Source: Candidatus Latescibacterota bacterium
Lineage (GTDB): Bacteria > Latescibacterota > UBA2968
Assembly: GCA_965198115.1 (NCBI GenBank)
Contig: OZ240241.1
Span: forward strand, 4,736,001-4,800,000
Length of the DNA stretch: 64,000 bases
Reading direction: 5' to 3'
The notes beneath the pieces are model-generated. The model had not been told where the DNA came from. It did no database searches and worked only from the letters and a program-made list of their open reading frames with translations. Positions 1 through 9,972 of the stretch are shown one piece after another. A program made the translations under genes and the position numbers. Each line of letters starts with the position of its first letter. Position 1 is the first letter of the stretch.

Positions 1-144
1 GTAGAAGCTTGGTGGGACGCGTCTGACAATTTCGTGAGCTCGAACGCGAACCGTCGTTTGCCCCGGTGTGTATCCCGAGCGAAATCGAGGGGCCCACCTC
101 TTTGGTTACTGGTCAATGGTCATTGCGTCCTGTTCTCCGCGGCT

Positions 145-936
145 TTAGCGGACGCAACCTTCGTAGCTCTCCCCACTGATCGGATAGTACTCCGGCCCCT
201 CGCCATCCCCCGTAAACGTCGACTTCGCTGACATATATGACAACGCAATCGCGCGACGCCAGTTGTCTGATAGGTTCGGCGCCGTGTAGTGGGGCAGTAG
301 GGAATGAAAAAAGAGCCCACCACCCGCCTGGACCGGCGCCAGCACCATATCGTCGAAGCTGTAATGATCCTCATCGACAACGAAGTCGTCTGTCACGCGC
401 ACGTGTGGCAGGGGTCCGCGCTTGTGGGCGCCCGGCAAGACGCCCATACAGCCATTCTGCTCCGTCGCTGTGTCGACGGCGTACCAACACGAGCAGAGAT
501 TCATCGGCGCGATCGACCAGTAGGGCGAGTCCTGATGCATTCCCTTCTGTGATCCTACCTCCGGTGGCTTCAGAAGCATCGCGTTCCGGAACATCTTGAT
601 GTCCGGCCCCAGAATCTGCTGAATCACGCCGACGATGTTCGGATGCTTCCCCAACCCGTTGTAGAGATCGTCCCCTTCGACCAGTCCGTCGATCTTCCGA
701 ATCCCGTCACCCGGATGGTCGACCCTCATCTCTCCGCGTTTTACCCGCGGCTCCACCTGAATCCTCAGCTTTTCCGTCGCACGATCCCCGTGCGTATATT
801 GCCGCAAGCGATCCTGTAGTGCGGTCACTTCTTCAGGCGTCAGAAGATTCTCCACAATCGCAAAGCCATCCCGGTCGTAGGCTTCCAACTCATCATCCGT
901 CAACGGCCGAGGTTCTTCGAGTCTAACCATCGTCAT
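145..936 (-). CDS. Phytanoyl-CoA dioxygenase (PhyH) family Fe(II)/2OG oxygenase
   Basis: HQD iron motif (GMHQDSPYW), NGCMGVLPGAH, distal HSLLPH and RRAI; N-terminal YDRDGF. Confidence 0.9.
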   Translation of the reverse strand: MTMVRLEEPRPLTDDELEAYDRDGFAIVENLLTPEEVTALQDRLRQYTHGDRATEKLRIQVEPRVKRGEMRVDHPGDGIRKIDGLVEGDDLYNGLGKHPNIVGVIQQILGPDIKMFRNAMLLKPPEVGSQKGMHQDSPYWSIAPMNLCSCWYAVDTATEQNGCMGVLPGAHKRGPLPHVRVTDDFVVDEDHYSFDDMVLAPVQAGGGLFFHSLLPHYTAPNLSDNWRRAIALSYMSAKSTFTGDGEGPEYYPISGESYEGCVR

Positions 937-1183
937 TCTCCTTCGGGTGCAAACGGAAACAGGACAGGATCACGTCTTACAGAACATAAAGAATGGCTGG
1001 GCACCATTCTATCAACTCGTGAAAAATTCGATCAAAAGGACCTCGCAAGGGCCCACGCAGCCTCTGTTCGAATTGGCACCGTCAACCGCCCACCGTCCAC
1101 CATCTTCTACTATGGGACGAAGCCGTCACCCCTGTACTCTGTCATCTGAATCCTGACCTCTGAAATCTGACCTTCCAGGTTCT

Positions 1184-2652
1184 ATGCGCATCGCCATCGC
1201 TTCCTTCGGCCAGGAAACCAGCAGCTTCAGCCCCGCCCTCACGACGCTCGACACGTTTCGTCAGTACGGCCTGTATGAGGGACAGGAAGTGCTCAGGCAC
1301 TGTCGGGGCGTGCCCGCTGTCGGCGGCTTTCTGGAGGTTGTCGACGAAACGATCGATTGGGAACCCGTGCCCATCATCCACGGATGGGCGGGCGCCCACG
1401 GACCGCTCACACCCGACACCCTCGCCTTCTTCCACGACAAAACCGTCTCCGGTCTGCAGTCAGCGGGCAAAATCGACGTGCTTTACTTCGCCCTCCACGG
1501 CGCCGGCGAAGCGCAGAACGAACCGGATACGGAGGGTCACCTTATAGAGGCCGCGCGAGCCGTCGTCGGGCCCGACGTCCCCATCGTCATCTCACTCGAT
1601 CACCACGCCAACCTGACCGAACGGATGATGCGAAATTGCGACGCCCTCGTCGCGCATCGCACGCAGCCCCACGACCAGCCCGACACGGGTCGGCTCGCCG
1701 GAGAGATGCTCGTCGACATCGTCCGGGGCAACGTCGTGCCCACGATGGCCTACCGGAAGATTCCCCTCATTACTCATCAGGAACAGTTTCTCACATCCCG
1801 TGGGCCGATGAAGGAATGGTTCGACCTCGCCTGTAACATCGAAACACGCGATGGCGTCGTCTCCGCTTCCAACTTTCCGATGCAGCCCTGGCTCGACGTT
1901 CCCGAAGGTGGCTGGGCAACCGCCGTCGTCACGAATGGTGATCAGGTCTCGCAGAACGATGCGCCGAAGAACTCGCGCGAAAGGCGTGGGATCTGCGCGA
2001 AGCTTTCGTGGTGCAGGAATCCATTCCACCGGCAGAAGCAGTCCGACGCGCGGAAGCCGCCGCGAAGGGACTCGTCATCCTCTCCGACACGGGGGACAGC
2101 GTCTTCGGCGGTGCAACAGGCGACAGCACGTGCCTCCTGGCCGAAATGCTCGAACAGAACATCCAGTCCATCACCCTCGTTCCGATGACGGACGCAGCCG
2201 CCGTCACAAAGGCCGTCGAGGCCGGAGTCGGGGCCACCATCACCGTCTCACTCGGCGGCAAGCTGGACACGAACTTCTATCGCCCCGTCGACGTCACGGC
2301 CACCGTGGCCGCTATCGGCGGCGGGCGAATCGACGTCGAGGTCACCAGCCACGGCTCTTTCGATATGGGCCGCGCCGTCCTGCTCGAAGCGGGCCCCATC
2401 CATATCGCAGTCAGCGAACAACGGGATATCGGTGGCAACCATCCTATCGTCTATGAGCATTTCGGCCTCGACATCGCCGACGCCAAAATCGCCGTCCTCA
2501 AAACTGCCAGCAACTGGCAGTACTACGCGCCGTGGACGAGCGAGATCATCCGCGCCGACACGCCCGGCGCGACGATGAGCAACATCGCCGGCTTCGACTG
2601 GAAGCACCTCCCGCGCCCCATCTATCCCCTCGACCCCTATACGAGATTCTAA
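1184..2652 (+). CDS. M81 family metallopeptidase (MlrC-like), frameshift near 1945
   Basis: QETSSF, ALHGA, SLDHHAN and HRTQPHD motifs in ORF 1184..2188; continues in ORF 2008..2652 (DTGD...GGATGD, C-terminal LPRPIYPLD). Confidence 0.85.
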
Positions 2653-2775
2653 GAGCCTGCACCAATCGCACCTTTGCCACCGTTCATCCTGAGTGATCTC
2701 CGAGTGCAACAAACTTGTGCGTAGCTGCACTGTGTAGACACAGAGAAGATCGTATCGAAGGGCGAACGGTGCCCA

Positions 2776-4905
2776 TCACCGTCCTTCTGAACGCGCAGCC
2801 CTTTCTATCTTGTCTAAAAGCTCCCGCGCTCGAACATCGTTCGGGCGTCTCTCCAGAATCTTCCGAGCAAATCGATCCGCATCCGAGAAGCGACCCTCGG
2901 ACAGATGAATCATCGCCAGGTTGCCGAGTGCCGGTACGAACGAAGGATCAAGTTCCAGTAACCGATTGAACCTCGCCGTCGCCTCATCGATCCGCCCTTC
3001 CGCTAGATCCACGGTACCCAGATTCTGCAGCGCCATCTTGTGATCCGGATCGAACCGCAAGGCAGTCTCGAGATACTTCCTGGCCGTTGCCCGATCTTCG
3101 ACCTGGAAAGCATAAATATCGCCCAGGTTGTTCAGGGCCGCCACATCGTCAGGCAGCAGACGGACGGCCCGTTCGTAGGCGACGATCGCAGCATCGATAT
3201 GTCCCTGCGCGGATAGGACGTTCCCCAGATTGTTGTTGGCGACCACATAGCCCGGGGCGATGTCGATCGCTTTCACATACGCCTGTCGGCTCGGCTCCAA
3301 CTTGCCCAGTCTTTGCAGTCCGAGACCCAGGTGAAACCAGGCGAGCGCATCCGCGGGGTCGAGGTCGATCACGCGTTCGAACGCCACCACAGCGTCCTCG
3401 ATCCGCCCAACGTGGAGCAAGGCCTTCCCCAGGTAGTAACGACCCTGGGTGTCGTCGGGAAACGCCCTCAAACCGGTTTCCAGAGCCTGTATCCCTTTTC
3501 TCAGATACGTCGGATGCGCGTGCTTGGCCTCGTAGTAGCGCACGTAGGCCATCCCTTCCTGGAGATCGTCTTCGGCGAGTGCCAACGAGTCTGTTGCTAT
3601 CTCGAACATACCCCAGTAGGACGTGAGTATCGCGACGTTCCCCATCGTACGCGAACGCGCCTCCGCCACGGACACCGACAGAGGCTCGGGATGCGCCCGA
3701 ATCCAATGATCCGTGAAGTTGACGTGCAGAATGTTCGACGTTTCACCCTGGCGCATATGGCAGGCCACACAATCTGAGCCGGCGGAGTGATCCACGCCGA
3801 TGGTCGAAGTCGAAAGCGCATCGCTCGGATGGCAGGACCCACACGCTTGACGATACTGTGCCCTGGTCGTCTCACCCGGCGGACGATGCGGGTCGTCACA
3901 CGTCGTGCAAACCATCTCCCGATTCGACGCCCGGTAGCATCGGCTCATCATCATCCGCTCTCCGTGACTCGCGATCCCGAAGTCTCCCGTCACACTGAGC
4001 GGAGCCTGTCCTGAGCGGAGTCGAAGGGTCGAAGTGTCGGCGTCACGAACGAACACGCTCCGGACATCACCCAGCCGCATCCCGGGTCTGAAGGCCGTTT
4101 CCGAGTGGTCGTGCACGAGCGCTGACATCGCGCCCTGGAGGTGGCATTGCAGGCACACATCGACCTGCCGCGCCTTCGACAGATGCGCCGGATTCACGAT
4201 CGACGGATCGTAGGCCTCTGAGCGCGCGTCCTCTTTCTCACCGTAGTGACGATTGATGTGAAGCTGCCCCGGTCCGTGGCATCGCTGACACCCGATCCCT
4301 TCCGGCACGGTCGGGTATCGGTGCTCCGAAGCAACATTCGATGGTGCATAACTGTTGTGACAGTTCATACACTCCGGGACAATCGGCCGCCCGAACCGCA
4401 GGTTCCTCTCGTGATACCCTGGACTCAAGTCCCAGACGCCCTTTTGCGTGTACCACGTCAGCGGCATTTCATACAAGAACCCGTTCTGGCTACGGATGTA
4501 GGAGCGGTTGTGATTCCCGGAGCCGATGATGTAATCGACTCTGTACTCCAATTCGTGAACCACCCTTCCGTCCCCGTCGGTCCGAAACTCCCTTTGGTAC
4601 AAACCGTCCGCCCGTCGCAGGGGAACGTAGTGGAGATCGAGTGACGGATCGTAGATCGGGTCGATCCCATAGTCCTCGATCACAGGGGCAGTCGTCGCAT
4701 CGTAGAACGATCGTCGCATCCCCGACCGCTCGAACGTCTCCGCGATCTCCGAATGGCAAAACGCACACTCGGAATCGGCCACATAGGCCACGTCAGTCGT
4801 CAGGTTTAAAAGCAACTGCTCAGCGGCCGTCACCGACGAATAACAGAGCCCGCTCGCCACAGCCACGACGATCCAGAGCGTGGGATATGAAATTGGACGT
4901 ATCAT
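2776..4905 (-). CDS. Exported multiheme c-type cytochrome with C-terminal TPR repeats
   Basis: Signal-peptide-like N-terminus; CxxCH motifs CAFCH, CMNCH, CQRCH, CLQCH, CGSCH, CVACH plus degenerate CTTCD; several TPR units (NNLGNVL, ALNNLG, ALQNLG). Confidence 0.85.
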   Translation of the reverse strand: MIRPISYPTLWIVVAVASGLCYSSVTAAEQLLLNLTTDVAYVADSECAFCHSEIAETFERSGMRRSFYDATTAPVIEDYGIDPIYDPSLDLHYVPLRRADGLYQREFRTDGDGRVVHELEYRVDYIIGSGNHNRSYIRSQNGFLYEMPLTWYTQKGVWDLSPGYHERNLRFGRPIVPECMNCHNSYAPSNVASEHRYPTVPEGIGCQRCHGPGQLHINRHYGEKEDARSEAYDPSIVNPAHLSKARQVDVCLQCHLQGAMSALVHDHSETAFRPGMRLGDVRSVFVRDADTSTLRLRSGQAPLSVTGDFGIASHGERMMMSRCYRASNREMVCTTCDDPHRPPGETTRAQYRQACGSCHPSDALSTSTIGVDHSAGSDCVACHMRQGETSNILHVNFTDHWIRAHPEPLSVSVAEARSRTMGNVAILTSYWGMFEIATDSLALAEDDLQEGMAYVRYYEAKHAHPTYLRKGIQALETGLRAFPDDTQGRYYLGKALLHVGRIEDAVVAFERVIDLDPADALAWFHLGLGLQRLGKLEPSRQAYVKAIDIAPGYVVANNNLGNVLSAQGHIDAAIVAYERAVRLLPDDVAALNNLGDIYAFQVEDRATARKYLETALRFDPDHKMALQNLGTVDLAEGRIDEATARFNRLLELDPSFVPALGNLAMIHLSEGRFSDADRFARKILERRPNDVRARELLDKIERAARSEGR
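3987..4040 (+). repeat. Nested CTGAG/CGAAG hairpin repeat inside the cytochrome CDS
   Basis: 3987-4004 plus 4029-4040 equals the reverse complement of 13943-13972 (30/30); 24-bp related unit inserted at 4005-4028. Confidence 0.85.
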
Positions 4906-5068
4906 CGTTCGAGTAATAGTATGACATCCGGGAAGGGAACGAAGGAAGTGATCGTTCTCCGCCCGGGCCCAGCACTTCGGGATGGCTTTCAGATCGACGC
5001 ACCCCGCAGGCTGATCAGCCGGTATTCTCAGTGCCCTCAGTGTGCTCAGTGGCTGCCTCGGTCTTTCT

Positions 5069-5521
5069 ATGACAATCTACATCGACGCCGACGCCTTTCC
5101 CCGCCCACTACGTGACATCTTGCTCCGTGCGTCAAGGCGTTTATCCATCCCCGTCACCTTCGTAGCCAACCGATACATCCGGCTTCCCGAATCGGACCTC
5201 CTCACGTGTGTCGTCGCACCCGAGGGTCCCGACCAGGCCGATGACAGGATCGCCGAGCTGGCCTTGGAAGGAGACCTCGTCATCACCGCCGACGTCCCCC
5301 TCGCCGATCGCGTGATCGCTAAGGGAGCGAACGCACTCGACCCACGTGGCACTCTCTACACACCGGACAACATCAAAGAGCGGCTCGCCACCCGAGACCT
5401 GCTGTCCGACCTCCGCGATACGGGCCTGGTTACGGGCGGCCCAGCGGCCTTCAACCCCAAGGACGTGCAGTCCTTCGCCGACGGACTTAATCGATTTTTG
5501 TCCACGATGAGATTCGGTTAG
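5069..5521 (+). CDS. YaiI/YqxD (UPF0178) family protein
   Basis: IYIDADAFP, ADDRI, GDLVITADVPLA motifs; ATG at 5069. Confidence 0.9.
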   Translation: MTIYIDADAFPRPLRDILLRASRRLSIPVTFVANRYIRLPESDLLTCVVAPEGPDQADDRIAELALEGDLVITADVPLADRVIAKGANALDPRGTLYTPDNIKERLATRDLLSDLRDTGLVTGGPAAFNPKDVQSFADGLNRFLSTMRFG

Positions 5522-5647
5522 CGGGGATCCAAGGCAGTTGCTTTTCTGACCCCGAAGGGATCGAGTCCCTCAGCCCAGTTTTCCAAGGATTCGGTGAACC
5601 CTTGGCTCGGTGACAACCCCTCCGTGTTGCCCGCAATGACCAATATG

Positions 5648-5679
5648 AAAAAGCCCGCCAGGATTCGCTCCTGACGGGC
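5648..5679 (-). terminator. Intrinsic terminator of the DEAD-box helicase gene
   Basis: Minus-strand hairpin GCCCGTCAGGA-gcgaa-TCCTGGCGGGC followed by TTTTT, about 25 bp after the stop. Confidence 0.8.
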
Positions 5680-5702
5680 CTCCTTAGATCTTCGGCGTTA
5701 GG

Positions 5703-7010
5703 TTACCGACTGGTTCTTCGTCCTCTTCCGTATCGTGGCGTTGGCGGGGCGGTCTTTTCCACTTCCTGCTGTCGACCACGCCCATTCCTGACGGCCCGAC
5801 TTCGCACCTTGCCATTCGTCTTCGGACCCCGTGATTTCGGTGCCGGTCTGACCATCTGCATCGTCGCGATGGCCTCACAGTGAAACCGATGATCGTTGTG
5901 ACACGTCAGCGGGATTCGTGTCAGTTTCTCGATGTCCCTCAGGAGCGGCACCTCATCGTGCGCGCAGAAGGACAATGCCACCCCCGATGCGCCTGCCCGA
6001 GCCGTTCGCCCGATTCTGTGAACATAGCTTTCGGGTTCATTCGGAAGCTCATAGTTGATGACGTGCGTGATGCCTTCGACATCGATACCCCGCGCCACGA
6101 TATCCGTCGCGACCAACACCTTCGTGTGGCCGAGGTGGAACGACGCCAACGCCTTCTGCCGGGCGCCCTGCGTCTTGTTCCCGTGGATCGCATCGGCCTT
6201 AATTCCCTTCCGCGACAGCTGAGCCGACAGTCGGTTGGCCTTATGCTTCGTGCGTGTGAAAACGAGTGCTCGACTGAAATCCAACGTCCCCAACACATCG
6301 GTAAGCAGGGCACGCTTGTCCGACTGGTCCACGAACATCACCTTCTGGTCGATCGAGCCCACGACGGTCGCTGGCGGAGCCACCTCGACCCAAACCGGAT
6401 CGTCGAGCATCCCCGAGGCCAGGTCGATGATCTCCCTCGGCAGAGTCGCCGAGAAGAGCATCGTCTGACGTTTCTTGGGAGTCGCGGATACGATTCGTCG
6501 AACATCCTGAACGAACCCCATATCCAGCATTCGGTCCGCCTCGTCCAAAACGAGTATTTCGACACGGTCGAGTCGAACGACTTTCTGACCCATCAGGTCC
6601 AGCAGTCGCCCCGGAGTCGACACAAGAATGTCCGGATCTTTGCGAAGACGCTTGATCTGCGCCCCCATCGGAACACCGCCCATCACGCATTCCGTATTCA
6701 GCGCGATGTGGCGACCATACGCGCGGAAGCTGTCCTGCACCTGCAGCGCTAGTTCGCGCGTCGGCGCCAGGATCAGTCCGCGTATGAATCGCTTGCCCTT
6801 CGACCCTCGCTCACCCAGTGTGTGCAGCATCGGAAGTGAAAAAGCGGCCGTCTTTCCCGTGCCTGTCTGGGCGGTGCCCAGCACATCGCGACCCTGCAGG
6901 ACCGCAGGAATGGCGTCGGCCTGAATGGGCGTCGGCTCTGTATAGCCCTCGTCCTTCAATGCCTGGAGGATAGACGGGTGCAGCTGTAGATCTGAAAACT
7001 TGGTACTCAT
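5703..7010 (-). CDS. rhlE: DEAD-box ATP-dependent RNA helicase (RhlE-like)
   Basis: Q motif PTPIQ, AQTGTGKT, PTRELA, DEAD, SAT, ARGID, HRIGRTARAG; basic C-terminal tail. Confidence 0.9.
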   Translation of the reverse strand: MSTKFSDLQLHPSILQALKDEGYTEPTPIQADAIPAVLQGRDVLGTAQTGTGKTAAFSLPMLHTLGERGSKGKRFIRGLILAPTRELALQVQDSFRAYGRHIALNTECVMGGVPMGAQIKRLRKDPDILVSTPGRLLDLMGQKVVRLDRVEILVLDEADRMLDMGFVQDVRRIVSATPKKRQTMLFSATLPREIIDLASGMLDDPVWVEVAPPATVVGSIDQKVMFVDQSDKRALLTDVLGTLDFSRALVFTRTKHKANRLSAQLSRKGIKADAIHGNKTQGARQKALASFHLGHTKVLVATDIVARGIDVEGITHVINYELPNEPESYVHRIGRTARAGASGVALSFCAHDEVPLLRDIEKLTRIPLTCHNDHRFHCEAIATMQMVRPAPKSRGPKTNGKVRSRAVRNGRGRQQEVEKTAPPTPRYGRGRRTSR

Positions 7011-7160
7011 ACTTCTCCTGTCTTGGATAGACCCCTCGGGGCTATCTCGTGCCCGAGACTAACGGCGGCTTTCTCTCGTGCGGGTTCTGACAGGACCTGA
7101 AGCGAGGAACGACGCAGGAAATCTTCGGAGGTAAAAAGGTGGGTTACTTAACTTGGCCAT

Positions 7161-7189
7161 AACCTACAGATAAATCGTGGTTTAGACAA
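7161..7189 (-). promoter_or_regulatory. Putative sigma70 promoter of the helicase gene
   Basis: Minus strand TTGTCT-17 bp-TAGGTT, about 150 bp upstream of the ATG. Confidence 0.5.
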
Positions 7190-7257
7190 GGGGTGTTTGC
7201 AACTTTTCCGGATCCGGGCGATGTCCTACCTTGGGTGAACCTCGAAGGATAGTGGCT

Positions 7258-7920
7258 ATGAACCGATTATCGTCCTCGAAACGGCCTTGCATTTTCGCGA
7301 TTTACGGCCTCGTATCCACCGTAGTGATGTTCGGGACAGCTTCGGGACAGCCCGGGCCCGCACGACAGCCGCCGAACCCAGTCCGGCATCCCTTGCTCGT
7401 TGCCCGTCAGACCTTTTACGATGCGGTCGAAAACAAGCAGCTGATCGACGTCGGCGTCGAGAGATTCGAGCGCCTAGCGGAGTCGGACCCCGATCTGGCC
7501 GTGCGGGCAAGTGCCTATCTGGGATCCCTCAAGGGGCTCAGGGCGAAACACGCGATCTTCCCGCTGAGCAAGATCATCTGGGTACGGCGGGCACTCAGGC
7601 AGCTCGATGCCGCACGCGCAGACGCGCCCGACGACCTCGAAGTCGCTTTCTTACGGGGCGTCATCTGTCATCATCTTCCGTTTTTCTACGGACGACGTGG
7701 CGACGCGGTAGCCGATTTTCGATACATCATCGACCGCCTGCCTGATTCACACACCAGGTATGACATCCGAATACTGAACGACATCTTCAACGTCGTCATC
7801 GAAAAATCACGTCTTCGACCGGAAGAAATCTCTGAGGCCGTAAGGCTCCGCGAGGAACTGAACTATCCCAAACTCCCAGCGAAACGGCACGAATTACTGG
7901 CACAACCCCGCACGAACTAA
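7258..7920 (+). CDS. Hypothetical exported helical protein
   Basis: Hydrophobic N-terminal segment then helical TPR-like region (YLGSL...HLPFFYGR); start uncertain (7231 or 7258). Confidence 0.6.
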   Translation: MNRLSSSKRPCIFAIYGLVSTVVMFGTASGQPGPARQPPNPVRHPLLVARQTFYDAVENKQLIDVGVERFERLAESDPDLAVRASAYLGSLKGLRAKHAIFPLSKIIWVRRALRQLDAARADAPDDLEVAFLRGVICHHLPFFYGRRGDAVADFRYIIDRLPDSHTRYDIRILNDIFNVVIEKSRLRPEEISEAVRLREELNYPKLPAKRHELLAQPRTN

Positions 7921-7954
7921 CACCCTGTCCCCCGAGGGTGTCTCTATCGATCTT

Positions 7955-7978
7955 AAAAGTGGCCCCGAGGCCACTTTT
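7955..7978. terminator. Bidirectional terminator-like hairpin
   Basis: AAAAGTGGCC-ccga-GGCCACTTTT perfect inverted repeat. Confidence 0.7.
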
Positions 7979-8210
7979 GCACCTGGGAATAAGCTCATTT
8001 GTTATAACATACTGTTTAAATTACGCTTACAATGTATATAGTCTTCCTGAACACCGACACCGCCTGCCCGCCGCAGCCCGTAGGGCGAAGGTGGGAACAC
8101 CCACACCCCACTGATATGCCTCTGGCTGTAGCATCGTTCGAAACACTTCGCGCAATCCCCACGTCTGACAGGTGTCGAAACGGATCCGAACCACTGCCCT
8201 GGAGGTAACG

Positions 8211-9018
8211 ATGAAATCTTCAGTCAACGTGTCTCGATTCACCCTAACCCTCTTTCTGCTCCTGACGTTCGGCTGCGCTTCGATCGTCCAATCGAGCGAT
8301 CGCGCCAGCGTCACTCGGGAGGACGAGATTTCGCAATCGGTCGACGGGGCCATCTCCCTCTCGGCGAAAACTCACAACGGATCGATCAAGATTTCCGGCA
8401 CGGACGGTGACGCCATTTTGGTGAAAGCGCTGATCAAAGCCAAGGCACCCCGCCGAACGACCGCAAAGGACCTGCTCTCGCAAACTCGCGTGAAGCTACG
8501 ACGCTCGGGATCGAAATGGGTGGTCGATGTCGAGAGGCCCAAGACAAGGAACAATCAGTCCGTCCACGTCGACGTCGAGGCGCCGAGAGGATTGGCTTAC
8601 GAATTCAAGACCCACAATGGCGGAGCCACCGTCGTCGACGTCGCCAGTGTGAGTGGAACGACGCACAACGGCGGCATCAAAGTGAACGACATCGCCGGTG
8701 CGGTTGCTGTAGAATCCCACAACGGCTCGATTCGCGCTTCCAACCTGGGTGGCGCAATCTCGATCGAGACACACAACGGTTCCGTCACTGTTCAGCTCGA
8801 CGATGTGTCGAGCTCAACCTGCGCGATCGAAACCCACAACGGCAAGATCGATTTCGACGCGCCCGATGACTTCTCCGCCCAGGTAAGCGTCAGAGCCCAC
8901 AATGGAAGCATCACGACCGGTTTTCCCGTTACCGTGGTGGGTACTCGAAGGCACGATCGGCGCCGGTGAAGGACAGCTGAGCCTCAAGACGCACAACGGC
9001 TCTATCAAGATCAGATAG
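8211..9018 (+). CDS. DUF4097-type beta-strand repeat lipoprotein, frameshift near 8945
   Basis: GGAGG RBS before ATG 8211; lipobox LTFGC; repeated THNG(S/G)I motifs; last repeat KTHNGSIKIR* is in another frame ending at 9018. Confidence 0.8.
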
Positions 9019-9229
9019 ACGCCACCGAACCCACGGGCCCATCCATTCACGCCGTCGGACTCAGTCCGGCGGCGTTGCTATATTGGGGATTCTAGAAAGA
9101 AGAAGGTCGACCGATGGGAGCCGCGACTTTCGACATACTACTCACTCGGTGTTTCGTGGTTCCTTGGTGTCTTGGAGTCTTACTTGTCCTGAGTAGCAAC
9201 CGAAGGTTGCGTATCGAAGGGGTGTTCAA

Positions 9230-9969
9230 GTGTCTCTACAATTCTTCACGATCGCCGAACGCCCCGATCTTCGTGATCGCCTGAGCGAAGTCATCGACGC
9301 CGTCTGGCCTGAGTATATGTTTCACGATCCAATCGCGAACAGGAACTGGCCTCGACTGTTCGACGATTTCCCCGAATACCAGACCGTGCTCCTGGACGGC
9401 GAGGCGCTCGCTGGCGTCGGGAATTCGATCCCATTCGCCTGGGATGGTGTGTCCGAGGAACTCCCCGAGGAGGATGGGACTGGGGACTTGAAACGGCGAT
9501 CCGCGACTGGGACTGCGACCGGAAACCAGTCACCCTCCACGGACTCCAGATCGCGATCGCGCCTGAATTCCAGGGCCGGCGGCTCAGTCACCGGTTCGTC
9601 GAACGTCTCCGCAGCCTCGCAGTCGACAACGGGCTTGCTCGACTCATCCTTCCAATCCGTCCCACTCTGAAGCATCGCTATCCCCTCACCCCGATCGATC
9701 GTTACATCACGTGGGAACGGGACGGTGCCCCCTTCGATCCCTGGTTGCGGATCCACGTTCGCGCGGGCGCCCGAATCATCAAGCCGTGCAAGAGAGCGAT
9801 GACCATCCCGGGGACGGTTTCCGAATGGGAAGCCTGGGCTGATATGGCTTTCCCCGAATCGGGCACCTACATCGTGACCGGCGCGCTGGCTCCCATCCAG
9901 ATCGATCGCCAGAACGACACCGGACTCTACATCGAACCGAACGTCTGGATCGAACACCCCCTTCCTTGA
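9230..9969 (+). CDS. GNAT-fold N-acetyltransferase-like protein, frameshift near 9471
   Basis: WPEYMFHD N-terminus; second frame from 9472 reads GWDWG...QIAIAPEFQGRRL...FDPWLRIH...YIEPNVW to the stop at 9969. Confidence 0.8.
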
Positions 9970-9972
9970 GAA

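Noticed and set aside
5880-6752. 290-aa plus-strand ORF and similar long overlapping ORFs (for example 27645..28709, 49174..50325)
   Set aside because: Antisense to conserved genes; expected in high-GC coding DNA.
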